Of a stretch of DNA of 64,000 bases, positions 19,384 to 27,385 are shown one piece after another. A program made the position numbers and the translations under genes. The DNA comes from Candidatus Omnitrophota bacterium (GTDB lineage Bacteria > Omnitrophota > Gorgyraeia > JAZDFF01): assembly GCA_043808095.1 (NCBI GenBank), contig JAZDFF010000031.1, positions 37,073 to 101,072 on the forward strand, read 5' to 3'. Numbering within the stretch: position 1 is the stretch's first letter; every line of letters begins with the position of its first letter. The notes under the pieces are model-generated. The model was given only the letters and a program-made list of their open reading frames with translations. It did no database searches and was not told the DNA's origin.

Positions 19384-19418
19384 TTTGCGCCTTTGCGGAA
19401 TTTTGCGCCTTTGCGGTG
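19384..19418. repeat. TTTGCGG-family repeat (right inverted arm)
   Basis: ctttgcgcctttgcggaattttgcgcctttgcggtg. Confidence 0.6.
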
Positions 19419-19441
19419 TTTCTTTATTTTTCCTTAAAAGT

Positions 19442-19888
19442 ATGGCAAAGATCCAATCTCAAATCTTAGTTAAAAAGGGACGCGAAGAGATCTTTAACCT
19501 GCTTAAGGATATGGAGCGTTTCCCGGAATTCATGCGCGACGTAAAAAGCCTTCATATCTTAGAGCATGTTGATAATAAACTTATTACCAAATGGCAGATT
19601 GAGATAGAGAATACCGCAATCACCTGGAAGGAAGAGGATGTCTTCGACGACAAAAACTATACTCTAAAGTTTCATATGCTTGAAGGCGACTATCAGGAAT
19701 ACCAGGGCTCCTGGCGCCTCGAGCCGCATTCCGGCACCACCCGGATTAAAATAGACGCTGTCTTTGACTGGGGTATCCCGGTTTTAGAGAGATTTGTCGC
19801 AAATGTCCTTGAGCGTAAAGCCCGGCTTGCATTTGAGGGCATGCTCAAATCTATCAAGAAAAGATTGGAAGTTGATTTGCACAGATGA
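19442..19888 (+). CDS. SRPBCC (START/Bet v1-like, polyketide cyclase/CoxG-type) domain protein
   Basis: Its length of about 148 aa from MAKIQSQ and its sequence are typical of SRPBCC ligand-binding proteins. The stop codon lies inside a CACAGATGA repeat. Confidence 0.5.
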   Translation: MAKIQSQILVKKGREEIFNLLKDMERFPEFMRDVKSLHILEHVDNKLITKWQIEIENTAITWKEEDVFDDKNYTLKFHMLEGDYQEYQGSWRLEPHSGTTRIKIDAVFDWGIPVLERFVANVLERKARLAFEGMLKSIKKRLEVDLHR

Positions 19889-19920
19889 GCGCAGATAAAA
19901 GAACAGATGAGCACAGATTC
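19880..19920. repeat. CACAGATGAGCACAGAT repeat (inverted orientation of the ATCTGTGCTAATCTGTG family)
   Basis: acagatgagcgcagataaaagaacagatgagcacagattc. It overlaps a stop codon and the next start. Confidence 0.6.
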
Positions 19921-20287
19921 TGGAATATATAAAGACCTTACCTACAAAATTATTGGCGTACTTTACGAAGTTCATAATGAGCTTGGGCCAGTTCATAAGG
20001 AGAATATTTATCATAAGGCAGTTGCGATAGAGTTAAAAAGTAAAAATATAAACTTCGATGAAGAAAAATATCTGCCTGTTATGTATAAAGGTCATAAAAT
20101 AGGGATATATAAACCGGATTTCATCATTGAAGATAAGGTTATATTGGAAATTAAAGCAGTCCCCTTATTAACTAAGGCGATGTTTGACCAGATTTATTAT
20201 TATCTTAAAGGCTCCAAATATAAACTGGTATTATTGGCTAATTTCGGATCCAGTAAATTAACTCTAAAACGCCGTATTTATACATAA
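19907..20287 (+). CDS. GxxExxY family protein (PD-(D/E)XK nuclease-like), second paralog
   Basis: EVHNELGPVHKENIYHKA and D.IIEDKVILEIKAV. It is a paralog of the gene at 19005-19382. Confidence 0.7.
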   Translation: MSTDSGIYKDLTYKIIGVLYEVHNELGPVHKENIYHKAVAIELKSKNINFDEEKYLPVMYKGHKIGIYKPDFIIEDKVILEIKAVPLLTKAMFDQIYYYLKGSKYKLVLLANFGSSKLTLKRRIYT

Positions 20288-20346
20288 CATCTGTGCTAAT
20301 CTGTGAAAACACACATTTTAACTATTAATCTGTGCTAATCTGTGTG
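20288..20346. repeat. ATCTGTGCTAATCTGTG-family repeat, two tandem units
   Basis: atctgtgctaatctgtgaaaac...atctgtgctaatctgtgtg. Other copies lie at 10485-10540, 11064-11106, 12412-12454 and 50651-50740. Confidence 0.65.
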
Positions 20347-20369
20347 AAGAATTAAATAACTCAAAACAT

Positions 20370-21470
20370 ATGTCAGATTTCGCCATCATAATTCATCCAA
20401 CAAGCGAAGAACTCCTGCACCGCTACGAGCCGGGAATGAAGAAAAAACCCAGGCAGGTAGTGAAAAAACTTCTCGAATGGATGGCTCCTTTTAAGGCATC
20501 TGATGTAAAGGGTCTGCGCTCTGTTACCGGAAAGACCTTAGACGGATACCTGGTAATGTGCCCGCTCTTAATGGAGCAGATGATTTCCCTAAATCCCCGC
20601 AAGGTGCTTAAGGCAATCGCCAATGCCGGAGAACTCGCCTCTAAATTAGGCGTAAAGATTATCGGATTAGGCGCCTATGCCGCATTAATCGGAAATAAAG
20701 GGCTGGAATTGGCGCAAAAGATAAAGATCCCCATTACTACAGGCGCTGCTTATACCCTGGCAATGATTCCCGAGGCTATTCTTCGGGCGATGAAGATTTT
20801 GGATGTGGAGCCTGAGAAAGCCAAGGTGCTTTTTATCGGTTCCGCTAATAATGTCGTTACTACCTGTATTGATATCCTGGGCCATTCATTTAACCGTATC
20901 TACCTCAATGGCCACCACTCCGAGAGGATTGATAATTATATCCGCCAGCAACGTAAAGACAAAGGTATAAATATAGAAAAAATCAATGACATCAGTGAAG
21001 TCCTGGCCCAGGCTGATGTCATTGTCGTAGCCACAAACAGGATTCCGCCTGCCTTTGATGTCCATAAGTTAAAACCGAAGACAATAGTCTTTGATGTCTC
21101 TTACCCCAGAAAAGTCCCCAATAATCTCCGGGATGATATCCTGGTGATTGACGGCCTGGCAGTCCGTCCCCCGGGTGAGGTTGATTTTAATTTTGATTTT
21201 GGCCTGCCGCGAGGCCTATCTTATCCCTGTATGGCAGAGCCATTAGTCCTGGCATTTGAAAACAGATTTGAGAGTTATTCCCTGGGCAGGGAGATCCCCA
21301 TTGAAAAAGTAAGGGAAATCAGCCGCCTGGCTTCCAAGCACGGCTTTGAAATCGTCGACTTTACCAGCCAAGACAGGCTATTTTCAACCGAGCAGGTAAA
21401 ACAAATAAAAACCAACGCGCAGAAAACCCAAACCTCAAAACGCACCATTTTTTCAACACCGATATTTTAG
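20370..21470 (+). CDS. Putative NAD(P)-binding oxidoreductase (shikimate/quinate dehydrogenase-like Rossmann C-terminal half)
   Basis: KVLFIGSANNVVTT...ADVIVVATNRIPPAFD...IVFDVSYP resembles the AroE-type NAD(P)-binding domain. The N-terminal half is unassigned. Confidence 0.35.
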   Translation: MSDFAIIIHPTSEELLHRYEPGMKKKPRQVVKKLLEWMAPFKASDVKGLRSVTGKTLDGYLVMCPLLMEQMISLNPRKVLKAIANAGELASKLGVKIIGLGAYAALIGNKGLELAQKIKIPITTGAAYTLAMIPEAILRAMKILDVEPEKAKVLFIGSANNVVTTCIDILGHSFNRIYLNGHHSERIDNYIRQQRKDKGINIEKINDISEVLAQADVIVVATNRIPPAFDVHKLKPKTIVFDVSYPRKVPNNLRDDILVIDGLAVRPPGEVDFNFDFGLPRGLSYPCMAEPLVLAFENRFESYSLGREIPIEKVREISRLASKHGFEIVDFTSQDRLFSTEQVKQIKTNAQKTQTSKRTIFSTPIF

Positions 21471-21484
21471 ATTAGGAGTTATTT

Positions 21485-22687
21485 ATGGAAGAGATTAAAA
21501 AAATATTAGATTTTATTGATAGAGTAGGTTTGTATCCGGATATAAAAGCTATTTCTGGATCTGCAACGCCAGAAGTTGTTATAAATGGTAGAAAAACTCT
21601 TCTATTTTCTTCAAATAGTTACTTAGGCATAGCCTCATCCGATAAATTGAAACAAGCTGGTATCGATGCTATAAATAAATACGGGATAGGAACCGCAGGA
21701 GCTCGATTGCTTTCAGGAAATTTAGAAATTCATGTGCAAGTAGAGAAAGAAATAGCAAAATTTAAACACTGTGATGATGCCATTGTATTCAATACCGGCT
21801 ATATGACAAACGTAGGAGCTATTAGTGCAGTTATGAATTTGCCCAAAATTGGCCCTAGTTCATTTTTCAAAGGAACGGGCATCATATTCAGTGACGAGTT
21901 AAATCATGCAAGCATTATTGACGGTTGCAAACTGAGTAATGCCAGTGTGATTATATATAAACATGTAGATATGAAGGATTTGGAAGGAAAACTTCGATGG
22001 CAAAGAAAGAGAAGAAAATTAATTATTACAGATGGAGTATTTAGTATGGATGGCGATATTGCTCCTTTAGATAAAATAGCAGAATTGGCAAAAAAATACA
22101 AAGCAATGGTGATGGTTGACGATGCTCACGCGACAGGAGTTTTAGGAAAAAATGGCAGCGGAACCCCAGAGCATTTTAATCTAACTCAAGACGACATAGA
22201 TATTATGATGGGAACTTTAAGTAAGGCATTGGCTGGTGCTGGTGGTTATGTAGCTGGTAAAAAAGACTTGATTAGATATCTGAGAGTAACAAGTAGGCCT
22301 TACATCTTCTCAACTTCAATGCCTGCTAGCAATTCTGCGGCGGTTATTGCAGCTATAAGAGAAATCAAAGACCACCCAGAATTAATAAGAAGGTTATGGG
22401 AAAATGCTAATCAGTTAAGAGAAGGCTTTAAAGAACGAGGGTTTAATACCTTAAAAAGCCAGTCCCAAATTATACCTGTATTAATAGGTGAAGAAAAAAA
22501 GGCCATAGAAGCTGCAAGGATACTTTTTGAAAGAGGTTTTTTTGCTCCCTGCGTGCGTTGGCCAGCAGTGGCTAAAGGTCAAGCGAGGATTAGGTTTACA
22601 GTTATGGCTTCACATTCAGAGCATCAGATAAATCTCCTTTTGGATGAATTTAGCAAGATTAGTAAAGAATTAGGAATTATCAATTAA
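21485..22687 (+). CDS. Alpha-oxoamine synthase family PLP enzyme (BioF/Kbl/SPT/CqsA-LqsA-like)
   Basis: Class II aminotransferase motifs DELNHASIIDG, DDAHATGVLG and the PLP-lysine context GTLSKALAG. Confidence 0.8.
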   Translation: MEEIKKILDFIDRVGLYPDIKAISGSATPEVVINGRKTLLFSSNSYLGIASSDKLKQAGIDAINKYGIGTAGARLLSGNLEIHVQVEKEIAKFKHCDDAIVFNTGYMTNVGAISAVMNLPKIGPSSFFKGTGIIFSDELNHASIIDGCKLSNASVIIYKHVDMKDLEGKLRWQRKRRKLIITDGVFSMDGDIAPLDKIAELAKKYKAMVMVDDAHATGVLGKNGSGTPEHFNLTQDDIDIMMGTLSKALAGAGGYVAGKKDLIRYLRVTSRPYIFSTSMPASNSAAVIAAIREIKDHPELIRRLWENANQLREGFKERGFNTLKSQSQIIPVLIGEEKKAIEAARILFERGFFAPCVRWPAVAKGQARIRFTVMASHSEHQINLLLDEFSKISKELGIIN

Positions 22688-22723
22688 GTTCTTTAAAAGA
22701 ATGTTAATATAAAGAGGGAGGAA

Positions 22724-23500
22724 ATGAAAAGAAAATTAATTTTAGAGGATGTTTACAAGAATTTAGAGGTAAAAAAACAAGTTAGAATTATGGATAAAAC
22801 GGTGGATGTTCCAGTAAAATATGGAACTCAAGCAATAATGGGATTATTCCCCATATCGACAAAAAAGGCAACTAACTTTATTAATAATACAAGATTAAAA
22901 CCAGTAGAATTTTCTTTCGGGACAAGTCTTGTTTCTATTACTATTTTTAACCATATCGTCTGCCCAGTAGGTCCATATAGAGAAATAGCCTTATCAATTC
23001 CAATAATTCACGATACAAAGATTTCAGTTCCTCTTATCCCTTTTTTATTTAATAAGTTTATAAAAAATTTTGGGTTTTACTCATTTTTACTGACAGCCAA
23101 CACAACTATAGGAAGAGAACATGCAGAGAAAATTTGGGGATACCCTTTTTATAATAAAAACATAGAAGTGCAAATTGAGGAAAACGATTCGGGTTTTTCT
23201 GTACTAGCTGAAGAAAAGTTGGAAAAAGTTTTTTCTTTATCGGTGGAGAAAACAAATAAAGAAAAAATAATAAAAAGAGATTATCAAACCTATTTTTTAA
23301 AAGATGATAAATTAATAAACGTAGAATTAAACACAATAGGAATAAGCGGTTATTCCTTAGACAAGAAATCTGGAAAATTAGAATTAGGCTTTCATGAAAT
23401 TAGCAAAATATTGCAGAACTTATCTATCGATTTAACACCTTTAGAAACAATTTATTACAGAGAAGCTATTAAAATAGCGAATATTCCTAAAGCATTATAA
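22724..23500 (+). CDS. Hypothetical protein, possibly acetoacetate decarboxylase-like (ADC family) fold
   Basis: The size of about 258 aa and the segment VGPYREIALSIPI are weakly reminiscent of the ADC family. No firm motif is present. Confidence 0.25.
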   Translation: MKRKLILEDVYKNLEVKKQVRIMDKTVDVPVKYGTQAIMGLFPISTKKATNFINNTRLKPVEFSFGTSLVSITIFNHIVCPVGPYREIALSIPIIHDTKISVPLIPFLFNKFIKNFGFYSFLLTANTTIGREHAEKIWGYPFYNKNIEVQIEENDSGFSVLAEEKLEKVFSLSVEKTNKEKIIKRDYQTYFLKDDKLINVELNTIGISGYSLDKKSGKLELGFHEISKILQNLSIDLTPLETIYYREAIKIANIPKAL

Positions 23501-23515
23501 CATTCGTTATAGAAA

Positions 23516-25681
23516 ATGATCTATTATTTTAGTTTTAGTTCTTTATTGGGTGGGTTAATAGCTTTATTGACGGGTTTTGTAGTCTATTTCAAAAATAGAA
23601 ATAATATTCTTAATAAGACTTGGCTGTGGCTTAGTTTAAGCGTTGCAATTTGGAGTACCTGTTATTTTCTTCTTATCACATCTCCGACTAAAGACAATGC
23701 TCTTATTTATAATTTGGTCCTGCATTACGCTGCAATTTTTATTCCAGCCTTTTATTTACACTTTATTTTTTCTTTGATTGGATTGTCGCAAAAGAAAAGA
23801 ATAACATTATTTTTATGTTATACAATGAGTTTTGCTTTGGCAAGCATTAATCATTCTACGCTTTTTGTAAAAGATGTCTTGCCGAAATATATTTTTAATT
23901 TTTATCCAGATGCAGGAAAACTTTACTTTCTTTTCTTTCTAGACTTTTTTATTTGGATTAATTACGCTCTTTATGAATTATTCATGACTTATAAAAACAC
24001 TACGGGGTTTAAATCTTTGCAAATTAAATATGTAGGCATTGCTTCTATAGCTGGGTTTATAGGTGGCGGTAGTGTTTTTCTGCTTACTTTCAATATTCCT
24101 GCGCCACCTTTCGGCCTGGCTTTATTTTCTTTATATCCTATAGTAATTGCTTATTCCATTGTTAAATACCGCCTCATGGATATCACTGTTGCTATCACCC
24201 GCACAACTATCTTTGTTTTTGTATACAGCTTGGTATTAGGAATTCCATTTTTTATAGCCAAAACCTGGAGGCCATGGTTAGAAGATATATTTAAATCAAA
24301 TTGGTATTTTGTGCCTTTGGGCTTTCTTGGCTTCTTAGCCATGACTGGTCCGTCTATATACCTCTACATTCAGAAGAAGGCTGAAAATAGACTGCTTCGC
24401 GAGCAGAGACGCTACCAAGAGACTTTACGTCAGGCATCTGCAGGAATGGTACGCATACGGGATTTGAAGAAATTGCTCAATCTCATAGTCTATATGGTAA
24501 GGCGCGCAGTAAAATTAACCCATGTCTGTATCTATCTCTTTGATGAGAAGGCCAACCAATATACCCTTCAGGCAGTACGGGACCAGAATAGAGTGTTTGT
24601 AACTAACTTAGAGTTAGGTAATCATTTAGTTAAGCACCTTAGGGAATACCGCAAGCCCCTGGTTTATGAAGAATTAAAACGGCTTTCAGAAGATAAACGA
24701 GATCTTTCTTTTGTCCTGGCTGAGGCTGAGATGAAAAGGATAAATGCCTCAGTCATTGTTCCAAGTTTTGTTGAGGATAAACTCCTTGGTTTTATTGCTA
24801 TGGGCGATAAACTTTCCGGGAAGATTTTTACTGAGGATGATTTGGCTGTGTTTTCAGTATTGGCGAATCAGGCGGCTCTTGCTATTGAAAATGCCCAGTT
24901 CTATGACGAAGTTCAGGAAACCCAGGAGCAGTTATTCCAGGCAGAAAAAATGGCTACTCTTGGTACAATGGCAGACGGGCTCTCGCATCAGATAAATAAT
25001 CGTTTTCATGCTATGGGTTTAATTGCCGGCGATGCCCTGGATTCGATTAAACTCACCAATGCCGAAAGCCTGCCTGAGGATTCCAAAAAACTGCTCGGTG
25101 AAATAAAACACGCCTTAGAAAAAGTCCAGGATAATGTTATGCAGGGAGGAGAGGTGGTAAAAGGTCTCTTAAAATATTCCCGTCCGGGTGAAGAAGGCTT
25201 TGAAGCCATTACCTTAGACCAGATTATTGACGCCTCTTTAGAGATGGTTCAGTATAAGGTCAAATTAAAGGAATTGGATTTCGTAAGAGACTACGCTAAA
25301 GACTTGCCAAAAGCAAAAGTTAACCTTACCCAACTGCAGGAGGTATTCTTTAACCTTATTGATAATGCCAACGACGCGATGAGACAGAGAAAAGAGGAGT
25401 TAAAAGAGGCTGATTATCGTCCAAAAATTACTGTAAATGCCCAGGGCCTTGATAATGTCCTGCAGATTAAAATAAGCGACAATGGCATCGGCGTAAAAAA
25501 AGAAGACTTCCATAAATTATTCACCCCGTTTTTTACCACCAAGGCCTCCAGCCGAAAAGGAACCGGCCTTGGCCTATTCGTGATAAAAAAGATTGTCACC
25601 AGTAACCACGGTCAAATCTCCGTCGAATCCGAATACCAAAAAGGCACTACCTTCACGATAGAACTTCCGGTTGCCAAATGA
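23516..25681 (+). CDS. Sensor histidine kinase: N-terminal 7TM domain, GAF, HisKA and HATPase_c (721 aa)
   Basis: TM-rich N-terminus paralogous to 15576 and 27386. A GAF-like middle region is followed by H-box LSHQINNRFHAM and ATPase boxes. Confidence 0.8.
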   Translation: MIYYFSFSSLLGGLIALLTGFVVYFKNRNNILNKTWLWLSLSVAIWSTCYFLLITSPTKDNALIYNLVLHYAAIFIPAFYLHFIFSLIGLSQKKRITLFLCYTMSFALASINHSTLFVKDVLPKYIFNFYPDAGKLYFLFFLDFFIWINYALYELFMTYKNTTGFKSLQIKYVGIASIAGFIGGGSVFLLTFNIPAPPFGLALFSLYPIVIAYSIVKYRLMDITVAITRTTIFVFVYSLVLGIPFFIAKTWRPWLEDIFKSNWYFVPLGFLGFLAMTGPSIYLYIQKKAENRLLREQRRYQETLRQASAGMVRIRDLKKLLNLIVYMVRRAVKLTHVCIYLFDEKANQYTLQAVRDQNRVFVTNLELGNHLVKHLREYRKPLVYEELKRLSEDKRDLSFVLAEAEMKRINASVIVPSFVEDKLLGFIAMGDKLSGKIFTEDDLAVFSVLANQAALAIENAQFYDEVQETQEQLFQAEKMATLGTMADGLSHQINNRFHAMGLIAGDALDSIKLTNAESLPEDSKKLLGEIKHALEKVQDNVMQGGEVVKGLLKYSRPGEEGFEAITLDQIIDASLEMVQYKVKLKELDFVRDYAKDLPKAKVNLTQLQEVFFNLIDNANDAMRQRKEELKEADYRPKITVNAQGLDNVLQIKISDNGIGVKKEDFHKLFTPFFTTKASSRKGTGLGLFVIKKIVTSNHGQISVESEYQKGTTFTIELPVAK

Positions 25682-25689
25682 TACAAGGG

Positions 25690-25805
25690 AACCGCAAAGA
25701 ACGCAAAAGTAGATAGCTATTAAAAACACCGCAAAGTTCGCAAAGAATAATTTTGGCGGTTTAGCGGTGAAAAAGTTTAAATTCAATTTTTTGCGCTTTG
25801 GCGAT
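25690..25805. repeat. CCGCAAA/TTTGCGG-family inverted repeat pair (empty element)
   Basis: accgcaaagaacgcaaaag...caccgcaaagttcgcaaag ... ttttggcggtttagcggtg ... ttttttgcgctttggcg. Confidence 0.55.
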
Positions 25806-25822
25806 TAAAAAGGAGCAAAACC

Positions 25823-26188
25823 ATGCCAAAATTATTGATCGTTGATGATGAGCCTGATGTAACAGAATTTGCCAAGAACTTTTTCAAAAAGCGAAAATTT
25901 GACGTCACAACCGCCTCAAACGGGCCTGAGGCCCTTGAGATTATCCAAAGAAATAAACCCGATATAATGCTTTTAGATATCAAGATGGAAGGAATGGATG
26001 GCTTAGAGGTCCTCGAAAAAATTGGCGAAATTACCAAAGATGTCAGGATAATTATGGTTTCAGGGATCGAAGAGAAAGAGTCCGTAGAAAAGGCTAAAAA
26101 ATTAGGCGCAATCGGATTTGTCCATAAGCCGCTGGTGTTGGAAGAATTAGAGAGAGTCGTTTTAAAAGAGGCTGAGAAGATCAAATAG
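25823..26188 (+). CDS. Stand-alone response regulator receiver (CheY-like)
   Basis: DDE at the N-terminus, phospho-acceptor LLDIKMEGMDG, and the conserved Lys context. Confidence 0.85.
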   Translation: MPKLLIVDDEPDVTEFAKNFFKKRKFDVTTASNGPEALEIIQRNKPDIMLLDIKMEGMDGLEVLEKIGEITKDVRIIMVSGIEEKESVEKAKKLGAIGFVHKPLVLEELERVVLKEAEKIK

Positions 26189-26194
26189 AAATAT

Positions 26195-27364
26195 ATGGGA
26201 CTAATAGACTACAAATCGGAACTTGAGGCTGCTGCAAAAAGCATGATCCTGGTACATCATCCGGGCATGCTCATTAAGATGATGGTGCGCATGCTGGTAA
26301 ATAAAGTGCGTCTGCACCATGCCGGAATCCTGCTTTATAATAAAGACCGCAACACCTATATCCTGACGATCTCAAGAGGACAGCGCGGCTTAAAAATTCC
26401 CGCCGGTTATGCCCGCGTAGAGCCCAGCGCAGGACTAGTCAGGTTCTTCAGTAGCAAAAACACCCATTTTAAAGACTCAGTGCTGACAGTCGAACGGATT
26501 AATGCCTACCTTAGAAAAAAAGAAATTTCCCAAAATCAATCTTTGGCTGAGATACTTGTTGAGGCCAAGCGGCAGATGTCTGATTTTGGAGCTGTTACTG
26601 CTATACCGATTTTCTTTCAACAGGATCTATTGGGCGTAATGCTCTTTGGAAAGAAGCGCTCAGGCAAAAAATTCCTGAAGGAAGAACTTAATTTCTTTGT
26701 GGCCTTATCCAGTAATGTGGCCATGGCTATTAGAAACGCCCAGTTATTTGAGGATTTGGCAATCGAGGTTGAAAGGAATCATCGGCTATTTATCCATACT
26801 GCAATGGCCCTGGCAAGCGCCATTGATGCCAAGGACCACTATACCCACGGCCATACCCAGCGGGTTACGGATTATTGCCTGGCTATAGCGCGAAGGCTCA
26901 TTATGCAAAAGGTCCTTAAGCCTAAGGAGGGTTTTCTTGAAAATCTACGCACTTCCGGCCTTCTTCACGATATCGGAAAAATCGGCGTGCCTGAGGCTAT
27001 TTTAGGCAAAGAACAGAAACTAACTGATGATGAAATAACTAAAGTCAAACAGCATTCTTTGATTGGAGTAACAATATTGCAGCCGATAAAGGAATTGGCT
27101 GAGCCTATTTTGGGGGTAAGGTATCATCATGAAAATTTTGACGGAACAGGCTACCCCGAGGGTAAAATTGCCGAAGATATCCCGATTTTTGCCCGCATCA
27201 TCCGTGTCGCCGATGCCTATGATGCCATGACCTCAGACCGTCCCTACCGCAAAGCCTTTACCAAGCACGAAGCCGTCGAAGAATTAAAAAAATACGCCGG
27301 CACCCAATTTGACCCTGCCATTGTCGATGCAGTCGTCGAGCTCTTTCACGAAGGAAATATATAA
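26195..27364 (+). CDS. GAF domain - HD-GYP phosphodiesterase (c-di-GMP)
   Basis: HDIGKIGVP and HHENFDGTGYPEGK, the HD and GYP motifs. The N-terminal half is GAF-like. Confidence 0.8.
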   Translation: MGLIDYKSELEAAAKSMILVHHPGMLIKMMVRMLVNKVRLHHAGILLYNKDRNTYILTISRGQRGLKIPAGYARVEPSAGLVRFFSSKNTHFKDSVLTVERINAYLRKKEISQNQSLAEILVEAKRQMSDFGAVTAIPIFFQQDLLGVMLFGKKRSGKKFLKEELNFFVALSSNVAMAIRNAQLFEDLAIEVERNHRLFIHTAMALASAIDAKDHYTHGHTQRVTDYCLAIARRLIMQKVLKPKEGFLENLRTSGLLHDIGKIGVPEAILGKEQKLTDDEITKVKQHSLIGVTILQPIKELAEPILGVRYHHENFDGTGYPEGKIAEDIPIFARIIRVADAYDAMTSDRPYRKAFTKHEAVEELKKYAGTQFDPAIVDAVVELFHEGNI

Positions 27365-27385
27365 AAAAGCGGTTACTAAAAACAG

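Noticed and set aside
26697-26888. 63-aa ORF in an alternative frame inside the HD-GYP gene
   Set aside because: It is fully embedded in a well-supported CDS in another frame and is spurious.
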